A DNA stretch of 64,000 bases from Treponemataceae bacterium (GTDB taxonomy: Bacteria > Spirochaetota > Spirochaetia > Treponematales > Rectinemataceae), in assembly GCA_963677895.2 (NCBI GenBank), contig CAXXGJ010000012.1, positions 32,001-96,000 of the forward strand. Direction: 5' to 3'. The notes under the pieces were generated by a model that saw nothing but the letters and a program-made list of their open reading frames with translations, was not told the DNA's origin and ran no database searches. Both the position numbers and the translations under genes were made by a program. Below are positions 30,174-38,021 of this stretch, in pieces (the stretch's first letter is position 1; every line of letters starts with the position of its first letter).

Positions 30174-31533
30174 CCATGCCAAGCTTTTCGAGCTTGTTGT
30201 AGAGGGTTCGTCGCGGTATTCCCAACAGCCGAGCGGCCTCCGTCCTGTTTCCCTTTGCCTTGTCGAGCGCTTCAAGAATCATGTTACGCTCCAATACCTG
30301 CCGTGCCTCACTCATCGAATTCCGGGATGCATCCGATTCCTTTGATTCATCGAGGCAGGAAGCGACTACGTTTCTGCCTATTCCCATCTTGTACTGTTGC
30401 GGAAGATGCCTGGGGCCAAGGTGGCGGCCGTCACAGAAGATGATGGCGCGCTCGATGCAGTTTTTCAGTTCACGGACATTTCCGGGCCAGGGCTGCGCCT
30501 CGAGGATGGCTAGGAACTCATCGTCGATGAGGGGTTCTTCCTTCCCGTAGGAACGCGAGAAATCGGCGACGAAACGTTTCGCGAGAACGGGAATGTCCTC
30601 GATATGCTCGCGAAGAGGGGGAGTCTGGATGCAGATCACCGAGAGCCGGTAATAAAGGTCTTCCCTGAACATGCCTTTTTCGATGAGCGTGTGCAGGTTC
30701 TGGTTGGTCGCCGATATGATCCGGGTATTGGCATTAAGGTCCTTGGTGCCGCCCAACCTGCGGAATTCCCCTCCCTGAAGTATATGAAGGAGTTTCGACT
30801 GGAGACGGATGTCCATATCCCCGATTTCATCGAGGAAGACGCTGCCCTGACTGGCGCTTTCGAAAAGCCCCGCTTTTCGTGCAAGAGCGCCCGTGAAGGC
30901 TCCTTTTTCGTAGCCGAACAGCTCGCTTTCGAGAAGTGTGTCGGGTATCGCGGCGCAGTTGATTTTCATGAAAGGATGGGCGGAGCGCAGGGACTGGTTA
31001 TGTATAGCTTCGGCTACCAGTTCCTTTCCCGTGCCGCTTTCGCCCGTGATGATGACGGAGGCTTCCGTGGGGGCGATGCGCTCGATCGATTCCCGCAGTT
31101 CGCGAATGACCAGGCTTTCTCCGTAGAGGGCGCCGACAGCATGATTGGGAGTTTCCGGCAGCTGATTGGCGCCTGCCAGTTTGCATTGATTCAGCTGGTC
31201 ACGCAGCTTCCTGAAATCCAGCGGCTTGGTGAAAAAGTCCATGGCGCCGTATTTCATGGCCAGCACCGCGGTTTCCACGGACGGGTAACCTGTCATCATG
31301 AAAATCCTGAGGTTGGGCGATATGTCGCGGAGCTCCTGGATGAGATCTAGGCCGCCGCGACCCGGCATGCGCACGTCCACGATGGCTATGTCGGGATGGC
31401 CACCGCTAGTCTGTTCGAGCGCGGAGACGGCGCCGTCCGCCAACATCGTCTGGTAGCCTTCGCTCTGCAGGAGTTCGCCGAGCGAAGCCCTCATGGGCTG
31501 CTCGTCGTCGACGATAAGTACCTTCGTTTTCAT
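30154..31533 (-). CDS. NtrC/AtoC-family sigma54-dependent response regulator
   Basis: Receiver (VDDE, IVDVRMP, KP); AAA+ GESGTGKE, GAFTGA, FLDEIG; C-terminal Fis-type HTH. Confidence 0.97.
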   Translation of the reverse strand: MKTKVLIVDDEQPMRASLGELLQSEGYQTMLADGAVSALEQTSGGHPDIAIVDVRMPGRGGLDLIQELRDISPNLRIFMMTGYPSVETAVLAMKYGAMDFFTKPLDFRKLRDQLNQCKLAGANQLPETPNHAVGALYGESLVIRELRESIERIAPTEASVIITGESGTGKELVAEAIHNQSLRSAHPFMKINCAAIPDTLLESELFGYEKGAFTGALARKAGLFESASQGSVFLDEIGDMDIRLQSKLLHILQGGEFRRLGGTKDLNANTRIISATNQNLHTLIEKGMFREDLYYRLSVICIQTPPLREHIEDIPVLAKRFVADFSRSYGKEEPLIDDEFLAILEAQPWPGNVRELKNCIERAIIFCDGRHLGPRHLPQQYKMGIGRNVVASCLDESKESDASRNSMSEARQVLERNMILEALDKAKGNRTEAARLLGIPRRTLYNKLEKLGMDDDART

Positions 31534-31584
31534 ACCGTGCCGCCAGTGTATACCATTTGGCTCGAAAGGACAAAGGCGAATCGC

Positions 31585-32595
31585 TCAGCGGGGCTTCTTC
31601 TTGGAGTAGGAGTCGATGCCCACGACTACCAGGATGATCAGGCCTTTTATGACATACTGGATGAAGACCGGCACGCCGAGGAGATTGAACGCGTTGGTGA
31701 CGACGGTAAGGAGAAGGACACCTATCATGGCGCCGAGAACCGTGCCTTCGCCGCCGGAAACCGAGGTGCCGCCGATGACCACCGCCGCGATGGCGTCCAT
31801 GTCATAATTCTGCCCCGCGAGAGGCGTGGCCGACGAAAGTCGGGATGCGTAGACGACGCCTGAGATGCCCGCCATAAGGCCGCCGATGAGGAAAGTCATG
31901 ACGTGGTAGAAGTCCACGGAGACTCCGGCAAGCCGCGTCGCTTCTTTGTTGCCGCCGACGGCGCAGCAGTAGCGGCCGAGCTGGGTCTTGGAGAGAATGA
32001 ATTGAAAAATGACGACAAGCGCGATCATTATGATGACGGGTACGGGAATGCCCCATAGATAACCGGAGCCGATTACCTCGAATGCTGGCTGCTGGCCGTT
32101 AATAGGGTAGCCGCCGGTATAGAGATAGACGAGGCCGCGTACGATGGTTGAGGTGCCCAACGTCGCTATCATAGGAACAATGTGAATCTTCGCGGCGAGA
32201 ATACCATTGAAGAGACCTATCAGCGCGCCGGCGAGGATAGCGATCATGGCGGCCAAGGCCCAGTGCATCGAGCCTTGCAGCCCGAGCGCCAACGCCGCCG
32301 ACAAAGCAAGCACCGATCCGACGGAGATATCGAATCCTCCACCGATGATGACGAAGGTAGTGCCTATGGCCATGATACCGACGATCGTGCTCTGCCTGAG
32401 GATGTTGAGCAGGTTCCTGGAGGAGAGAAAGTTGGGTGTAAGCAGGGAAATCCCCAGCGAGAGCACGAAGAAGCTGATGAGCAGGCCGTAGCGTTTTAAG
32501 ATTTCTTTGTAGTACTGCCTCTTTTTTTTAGTAGCCTCCATACCGCCCGCTTGGATGGAAGTCGCCGCTTTAGCATCGATATCGTTACCGCTCAT
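31585..32595 (-). CDS. Monosaccharide ABC transporter permease (RbsC family)
   Basis: GMT-like GTTFVIIGGGFDISVGS, AVGGNKEATRLAG, DAIAAVVIGGTS. Confidence 0.95.
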   Translation of the reverse strand: MSGNDIDAKAATSIQAGGMEATKKKRQYYKEILKRYGLLISFFVLSLGISLLTPNFLSSRNLLNILRQSTIVGIMAIGTTFVIIGGGFDISVGSVLALSAALALGLQGSMHWALAAMIAILAGALIGLFNGILAAKIHIVPMIATLGTSTIVRGLVYLYTGGYPINGQQPAFEVIGSGYLWGIPVPVIIMIALVVIFQFILSKTQLGRYCCAVGGNKEATRLAGVSVDFYHVMTFLIGGLMAGISGVVYASRLSSATPLAGQNYDMDAIAAVVIGGTSVSGGEGTVLGAMIGVLLLTVVTNAFNLLGVPVFIQYVIKGLIILVVVGIDSYSKKKPR

Positions 32596-34129
32596 TGTTC
32601 ACCTCGATCATATCTTTTAGTAGTATATCTTCCGATGGTGGAATCGCATAAGAACGCTTGATCTTCCCTTTTTGCATGACCAACACTCTGTCGGAGACCA
32701 CAAGGAGTTCGGCGGGATCGCCGGAAAGATAGATAATGGATTTCCCTTTCGACGCAAGATCGCGCACCGTCGCGTAGATCTGTTCCTTCGTGGCGACATC
32801 GATGCCGCGCGTGGGCTCATCCAGAATAAGAACCTTCGGGGAGGCTAGCAGCCATCGAGCCAAGACACATTTCTGCTGATTGCCGCCGCTCAGGAATTTT
32901 ACCCGCTGATCCAGGCTGGCGAACTTGATTGAAAGTTGGGCGGCCACGGCTGTCGTGCGGTTTTTTTCTTTTTTTGCGTTGATGCATCCGTACTTGACGA
33001 TGCTGGGCAGGGACGAAAGGGAAATATTGCTTTGAATGTCCTGTTCGAGGATCAGCCCCTGCGTTTTGCGGTCTTCCGGCGCCATGCCGATCCCATGGTT
33101 GACCCCATCGTAAGGGGAACGAAGCTGTATCGGTCTGTTCTCCAGGGTTATGGAACCGCTGTGGCTGACCGACGCGCCGGAGAGCGTTCGCGCCAGTTCC
33201 GTCTTGCCCGAACCCACGACGCCGGCGATTCCGAGCACTTCGCCCGCGCGAAGTTCGAATGAAATATCCGAAAATTCGGCGCGTCGACCGAGGTTCTTTA
33301 CCACCAGTTCTTCTTTTTCGCCATGAGCCCTTACGAAGGGCTTTCGTTCCGCCACTTCCTTGCCGAGCATTAGGGTGACTATTTCCTTGATCGGCAGAAG
33401 GGGCGAGATGCGCTCGGCGACTATTTTCCCGTCGCGGATCACCGTCGCGCTGTCGGCGATGCTTTTCACTTCATCCAGGAAATGCGTTATGAAAACGATG
33501 CTCATGCCCTCGCGCCTAAGGTCGCCGACAGTCTTGAAAAGGAGCGCGGTTTCCTGCGAGCTGAGCGCGTCGGTGGGCTCATCCATTATGATGATGCTGC
33601 AGTTGCGCGATACCGCCTTCATTATTTCGGCCATCTTTTTCTGCGCGGGGCTGAGATCGCGGACCTTCGTCGCGGAGGGAATGTCCAGGTCGAATCGCTC
33701 GCAGAGCTTTTCGTACTCCGCCTGCATGAGTTTGTCGTTCAATATTCCCGAACCCTTTGTGGATTCGCGGCCGAGAAATAGGTTTTCGATGATGGTAAGG
33801 CTGGGGATGAGGCTCGATTCTTGGTGCACGACGCTGATTCCCGCCCTGTAGGCATGGATGGGTTTGCTGAATTGGACCGGTTTGTCATGAAGGAATATCT
33901 GGCCGCTGTCCGCGTGATAGACACCGGAAAGAATCTTCATGAGCGTCGATTTTCCCGCCCCGTTGGCGCCGAGAAAAGCGACGACTTCGCCTTTTCGGAG
34001 ATTGAAATCGACGTTATCCAGTACCTGGACGCCCAGAAAGCTTTTTGAAATGTTCTTCATGGCGAGAATGACGGGAGGGGCAGCCGCATTTCCGCCCTCT
34101 GACCTTCGCGAATTTTCTTGAATATTCAT
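32585..34129 (-). CDS. Monosaccharide ABC transporter ATP-binding protein with two NBDs (RbsA/MglA family)
   Basis: GANGAGKST, IIMDEPT, FITH, LSGGNQQK, ILDEPTRGID. Confidence 0.96.
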   Translation of the reverse strand: MNIQENSRRSEGGNAAAPPVILAMKNISKSFLGVQVLDNVDFNLRKGEVVAFLGANGAGKSTLMKILSGVYHADSGQIFLHDKPVQFSKPIHAYRAGISVVHQESSLIPSLTIIENLFLGRESTKGSGILNDKLMQAEYEKLCERFDLDIPSATKVRDLSPAQKKMAEIMKAVSRNCSIIIMDEPTDALSSQETALLFKTVGDLRREGMSIVFITHFLDEVKSIADSATVIRDGKIVAERISPLLPIKEIVTLMLGKEVAERKPFVRAHGEKEELVVKNLGRRAEFSDISFELRAGEVLGIAGVVGSGKTELARTLSGASVSHSGSITLENRPIQLRSPYDGVNHGIGMAPEDRKTQGLILEQDIQSNISLSSLPSIVKYGCINAKKEKNRTTAVAAQLSIKFASLDQRVKFLSGGNQQKCVLARWLLASPKVLILDEPTRGIDVATKEQIYATVRDLASKGKSIIYLSGDPAELLVVSDRVLVMQKGKIKRSYAIPPSEDILLKDMIEVNNER

Positions 34130-35373
34130 TTAGAGTCCTCGTGATGCGGTGACATCGTATCCATCGAGGCTATAGCCTCGATATGCCGCTTGGGCACGTA
34201 CAGTATATTCCAGCATACGGCAATGTTTTGGCCCGAGAGGCTTTTAAGGTACGAATCGCGTACGCCATCGTCGATCTGAGTATCGTAGGCTTCGTGCTGG
34301 ACTAGCTCGATGCCCGCGTAGATTTCTGGTTTGGGGGCCGCGGCGGGATCGATTTCCCGCTTACAGCGGAGCAGTTCCGACGCGGCGATCGAAGCCGGGA
34401 AATTTCCTTTTCGGCGCACCACCTCCAGGTATTCACGGCCCATTCCGGAGAGCTTGGAGACGAAGTCCACGGCTTTTGCCGCGTCGATACCCGATTCTTC
34501 AAGCCCCTTCATCAAAAGGAAAAATTCCAGTGGCATCCCTGCCGGAGCCCAAGCTTTACAGTAGAGCATCGGCTTCATGAAATCCGCGTGGCGCGACAGC
34601 GAACGATAATCCTGGCCGACGAAACCGGCCAGCGCGGGCGCGAAGAGATCCAGGCCGACGCTGAGGCCTTCCGCGTGAGCGGCATCGGCATAACGCGTCA
34701 CCGCGTTATTGACCATCCATGAGCGGAACTGAAATGCTTTTCTGGCATTCTCGATGAAGTCTTGGGCGCTACCGACGCTCTGAGCCGCGTGCCGGACGAA
34801 GAGCGAAGCAAGGTCGGACCATGCTTCGCCGCTCCAGGCGCGATAGGCTTCCTTGCATAGGGGACAGGAACAAGCGCTCATGAATTCGAGGCCGTTGGCG
34901 GGGGAGGGGTACCGTATCCGGTCGAGGAAGATGCCCCGCGCGCCGATGGATTTCGCCGCCCGAAGCGCGGAATCTATGCCCTTTTCGTCCTTTCCCAGGG
35001 CGCTGGGACAATAGAAGAGGAACTTTTCGTCGCCTTTCCCGATATTCTCCCAGGCGCCGGTGGCGCCGTATCCCGTCCTACCTTGAGCGTCCTGGACATT
35101 GGGAAAAGAAGACAGGGCGGCGGGGCGGTCGGCGAAAACCATCACCCATAAAGAGACCCTTGTACCCACTCTGTCACAACGCTCCGTGATCTTCCGAGCC
35201 AGATAGCTCGATGACTTGGTTATGGATAGAATCAGTTCCCGGGGAGCGAGGGCATCGAGCACATAGTTTAGACATGCCAGTATGCCGGCTTCGCCGAAAT
35301 GGGCCAGCTGTTCGGGGCCGACCATCAGCTGCGCTGCGATTTTGCCGCCGTTTCTTGTCAATTTAGGTTCCAT
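34126..35373 (-). CDS. Uncharacterised protein, probably a glycoside-hydrolase-like TIM barrel
   Basis: Start MEPKLT; GIFLDRIRYP followed by CSCPLC, then VGQDY...DFMKPMLY; lies inside a sugar ABC operon. Confidence 0.6.
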   Translation of the reverse strand: MEPKLTRNGGKIAAQLMVGPEQLAHFGEAGILACLNYVLDALAPRELILSITKSSSYLARKITERCDRVGTRVSLWVMVFADRPAALSSFPNVQDAQGRTGYGATGAWENIGKGDEKFLFYCPSALGKDEKGIDSALRAAKSIGARGIFLDRIRYPSPANGLEFMSACSCPLCKEAYRAWSGEAWSDLASLFVRHAAQSVGSAQDFIENARKAFQFRSWMVNNAVTRYADAAHAEGLSVGLDLFAPALAGFVGQDYRSLSRHADFMKPMLYCKAWAPAGMPLEFFLLMKGLEESGIDAAKAVDFVSKLSGMGREYLEVVRRKGNFPASIAASELLRCKREIDPAAAPKPEIYAGIELVQHEAYDTQIDDGVRDSYLKSLSGQNIAVCWNILYVPKRHIEAIASMDTMSPHHEDSK

Positions 35374-35387
35374 TGTTTTCTCTTGAG

Positions 35388-35421
35388 CGGCGGGAAATCC
35401 ACCGAAGAGGACTCCCCGCCG
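35388..35421 (-). other. Intercistronic stem-loop with cUUCGg tetraloop after the sugar-binding protein gene
   Basis: Minus-strand RNA CGGCGGGGAGUCC-UCUUCGGU-GGAUUUCCCGCCG pairs fully only on the coding strand (G-U pairs). Confidence 0.75.
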
Positions 35422-35438
35422 GTTGTTGGAGGATGGGA

Positions 35439-36371
35439 TCACATCTCGGGAACGTGTTTGCTCACATTGTTCTTGTCGACGATGACGGGAATGACTTCGA
35501 TGTAGGAATCGATCTTCTTTCCGGAAAGATATTCGGCGGTTTTCTGGACGGCCAGATAACCCATGTCTATGATGGAAGCATAGGCCGTCATATTGACGCT
35601 TCCGGCCTTGATCTCGGCCTGGAGCGCCTTAGAATACTCGAGGGCGGTGATGTATTTCCCCTTGAGTCCGGCTTCCCTGATGGCTTTGGCCGCGGCAACC
35701 GCGCCGTCCGTCCATTCGGCGGAGACGAGGTCGAAATCCTGTCCTTTCTGGAGAAAGGCTTCCATAGCCGCGAGCGATCCTTCCTTGGTCCAGCCGGGAA
35801 TCGCCTGGCTGTAGATGATCTTGTACTTGCTGTTCGCGAGTTCGGCCCTGAAACCGTCGTTTCTCATGCGCTGGGCGCTGGTTCCCGGCTCTCCTTCGAT
35901 GAGGACGATGTTCGCGGCTCTGTCGCCCAGAAGCTGTTTGGCCATCTTGCCCATCATGGTGCCATAGGAGAGGTCGTTGATGCCGATGAAGGTGACGACG
36001 CCGGGATACTGCCCGTTCTTGTCGGAGCCGAGCGTGTTGGTGAACGTAATGAGGGGGATCTTGGCTTCGTTGCACATTTTTACCGCCGGAAGCAGGGCGA
36101 GAGGATCGCGGGAGCAGAGCATGATGGCGTCTACGCCCTTGGCCACGAAGTTCTCCACCTGGTTAAGTTGTTTTCCCGCGTCCCATTCGGCGTCGGAATA
36201 GGTGAGCTGAAGATTGAACTCGGCGGCTGCCTTGTCCATGCCTTTGCGTTCCACGGCGAAGAACTCGACGGATCCGGGAAGACAGACGGCGACCTGCTTC
36301 TTCTTGGCTTGGGCGGAAACACCGGTTATCAGCACCAACGCGCACAGAAGAACGCCAACGATTCGTTTCAT
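35439..36371 (-). CDS. Sugar ABC transporter substrate-binding protein (RbsB family)
   Basis: Signal peptide; DAEWDAGKQLNQVENFVAKGVDAI; GEPGTSAQRMRNDGF; RBS AAGGAGG. Confidence 0.95.
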   Translation of the reverse strand: MKRIVGVLLCALVLITGVSAQAKKKQVAVCLPGSVEFFAVERKGMDKAAAEFNLQLTYSDAEWDAGKQLNQVENFVAKGVDAIMLCSRDPLALLPAVKMCNEAKIPLITFTNTLGSDKNGQYPGVVTFIGINDLSYGTMMGKMAKQLLGDRAANIVLIEGEPGTSAQRMRNDGFRAELANSKYKIIYSQAIPGWTKEGSLAAMEAFLQKGQDFDLVSAEWTDGAVAAAKAIREAGLKGKYITALEYSKALQAEIKAGSVNMTAYASIIDMGYLAVQKTAEYLSGKKIDSYIEVIPVIVDKNNVSKHVPEM

Positions 36372-36413
36372 GTAGAAACCTCCTTAAGATAATCTGGAAA
36401 CTCAAGGTAGTAA

Positions 36414-36431
36414 TAGCATATCCCATGCCAA
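36414..36431 (-). promoter_or_regulatory. Sigma54 (-24/-12) promoter
   Basis: Minus strand TTGGCATGGGATATGCTA has exact GG-N10-GC spacing, ~45 nt upstream of the first gene of an operon that encodes a sigma54 activator. Confidence 0.8.
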
Positions 36432-36551
36432 AAATGCGGTATGTACAATAAATCTGGCCATATGCTATTTCCATTCCATGAAATAAATTGTCGATACGGA
36501 GTTCTGTAAAAAAGCCTATGCGCGGGATGCTCCGCTAATTTTTACATTCTT

Positions 36552-36601
36552 TGTTCATTATTTAGCACAGAAAACGTCCTGTCTGTGCCATTACTGGCAC
36601 A
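36552..36601. promoter_or_regulatory. Two tandem enhancer-like (UAS) sites, TGT-N12-ACA
   Basis: TGTTCATTATTTAGCACA (36552-36569) and TGTGCCATTACTGGCACA (36584-36601), 32 bp apart. Confidence 0.6.
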
Positions 36602-36628
36602 GACGGGATTCTTGGATAGCCGCTGTCT

Positions 36629-37426
36629 TTAAGGCTTGTACTCGAAGAACCACTTGGTGTTCAGCCTGTCGAGGAAGCCTTCGGTTTTGAGGGCGGCGAT
36701 GGCCGCGTTGAAAGGGCCGACCAGGTCGGAACCTTTCTTGAAGATGAAGCCGAACTCTTCGGTGCCGAGGGCGCCGCCGACCGATTTCAGCTTGTTGGGA
36801 TAGGCGCCGATGTAGCCTTTGCTGGAGGCGGCGTCCATGAGCACCATATCGATGTCCCCGGCGATCAGGGCTTGGACCGTGGCGCCGAAGGTTTCGAAAA
36901 GCTTGATGCGGGGATTGGCTTCGTCGCCGTCGAGGACGTTGTAGACGGCCACATAGAAGTTCGTGGTGCCCGCCTGGGCTCCGATGAGGAGCTTGGGATT
37001 GGCCGCGAAAGCCTTTTCATCCTGGAAGCGGTTTTCGCTGGCGCGCACGAGCATGAACTGCTGGCTCACCATGTAGGGGCTGGAGAAGTCGACCTGGCCC
37101 TTTCTTTCGTCCGTTATGGTGATGCCGTCCATGCCCACGTCGAACTGTCCGTCGCGCACGGCCTGGATCATGGTGTCCCAGGAGGTGATCTTCCATTCGA
37201 TCTTGGCGTTGAGACGCTTGCCGATCTCGTTCACCGCGTCGTATTCCCATCCCATGGCTTTGCCGGTTTTGGCGTCGACGAAATTGAGGGGCAGATAGGC
37301 GTTTTCGGTCACGGCGATGATTTTTCTTCCCTTGAGGTCGGGAAGCTTGGCGGTTTGGGCGCCGGCGGCTAAGACCGTTGCGAAGACCATGGCGAATACC
37401 ATAAGCATGAATGTCATCTTTCGCAC
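36629..37426 (-). CDS. Polar amino-acid ABC transporter substrate-binding protein (family 3)
   Basis: Signal peptide; ENAYLPLNF, GITITDERKGQVDFSSPY, GAQAGTT. Confidence 0.95.
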   Translation of the reverse strand: MRKMTFMLMVFAMVFATVLAAGAQTAKLPDLKGRKIIAVTENAYLPLNFVDAKTGKAMGWEYDAVNEIGKRLNAKIEWKITSWDTMIQAVRDGQFDVGMDGITITDERKGQVDFSSPYMVSQQFMLVRASENRFQDEKAFAANPKLLIGAQAGTTNFYVAVYNVLDGDEANPRIKLFETFGATVQALIAGDIDMVLMDAASSKGYIGAYPNKLKSVGGALGTEEFGFIFKKGSDLVGPFNAAIAALKTEGFLDRLNTKWFFEYKP

Positions 37427-37571
37427 GAAGAACCTCCTTGTGTGGTTGAGCGGAACCCTCTGAGCCGCGGGAAAGGCCTCAGGATAGGGCTTTCGATCAT
37501 TTTTTTATCGATAGGGCATTGTGTCGCCTCACTTCATGTCCTGTCAAGAATCCGGAACGGCGGAATCCGTA

Positions 37572-37635
37572 TTGACAGGGATGGGACCTGGTGATATCTT
37601 ACGATTAAACGATTGCTTAATTGAGCAATCGTTTA
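37572..37635 (+). promoter_or_regulatory. Sigma70 promoter and ArsR/SmtB operator
   Basis: TTGACA(37572-37577)-N17-TATCTT(37595-37600); inverted repeat TAAACGATTGCT-N6-AGCAATCGTTTA at 37606-37635. Confidence 0.8.
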
Positions 37636-37659
37636 TGTGAATAGATCTATGGAGTCCGT

Positions 37660-38010
37660 ATGAATGAAGATATTTGCAGTCAGTTCGGCATTTCCTGTCA
37701 GGACAAGGCGCCAGGGCTGAGGGATTCCCTCCTCGACGTGGCGGGGCTTTCCGAGCTTTTCAAGTCCATGGCTGACGAGTCGAGGATAAAGATTCTCTAC
37801 CTGCTGTCGCAGCAGGAACTTTGCGTCTGCGATCTGGCCTTCCTTCTAGAGACCAATCTGCCGGCCATTTCCCATCATCTGAGGTTTCTGAGAAGTCTTA
37901 ACCTCGTGCGTTCGCGCCGGGACGGAAAGCAGGTGTTCTACACCCTCTCCGACAGCCATGTTCTGGAGCTGCTGCAGATCGCCAGAAACCACTACATCGA
38001 GAAGCTTTAA
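37660..38010 (+). CDS. ArsR/SmtB-family metalloregulator (CadC/ZiaR-like)
   Basis: N-terminal Cys residues, ELCVCDLA, AISHHLRFL, DSHV...H alpha5 site. Confidence 0.93.
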   Translation: MNEDICSQFGISCQDKAPGLRDSLLDVAGLSELFKSMADESRIKILYLLSQQELCVCDLAFLLETNLPAISHHLRFLRSLNLVRSRRDGKQVFYTLSDSHVLELLQIARNHYIEKL

Positions 38011-38021
38011 CGAGGCGGAAA

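Noticed and set aside
28280..36630. IS element, prophage or integrative element boundaries around the sigma54 module
   Set aside because: No transposase or integrase, tRNA target, terminal inverted repeats or convincing direct repeats were found, so it is not annotated as a mobile element.
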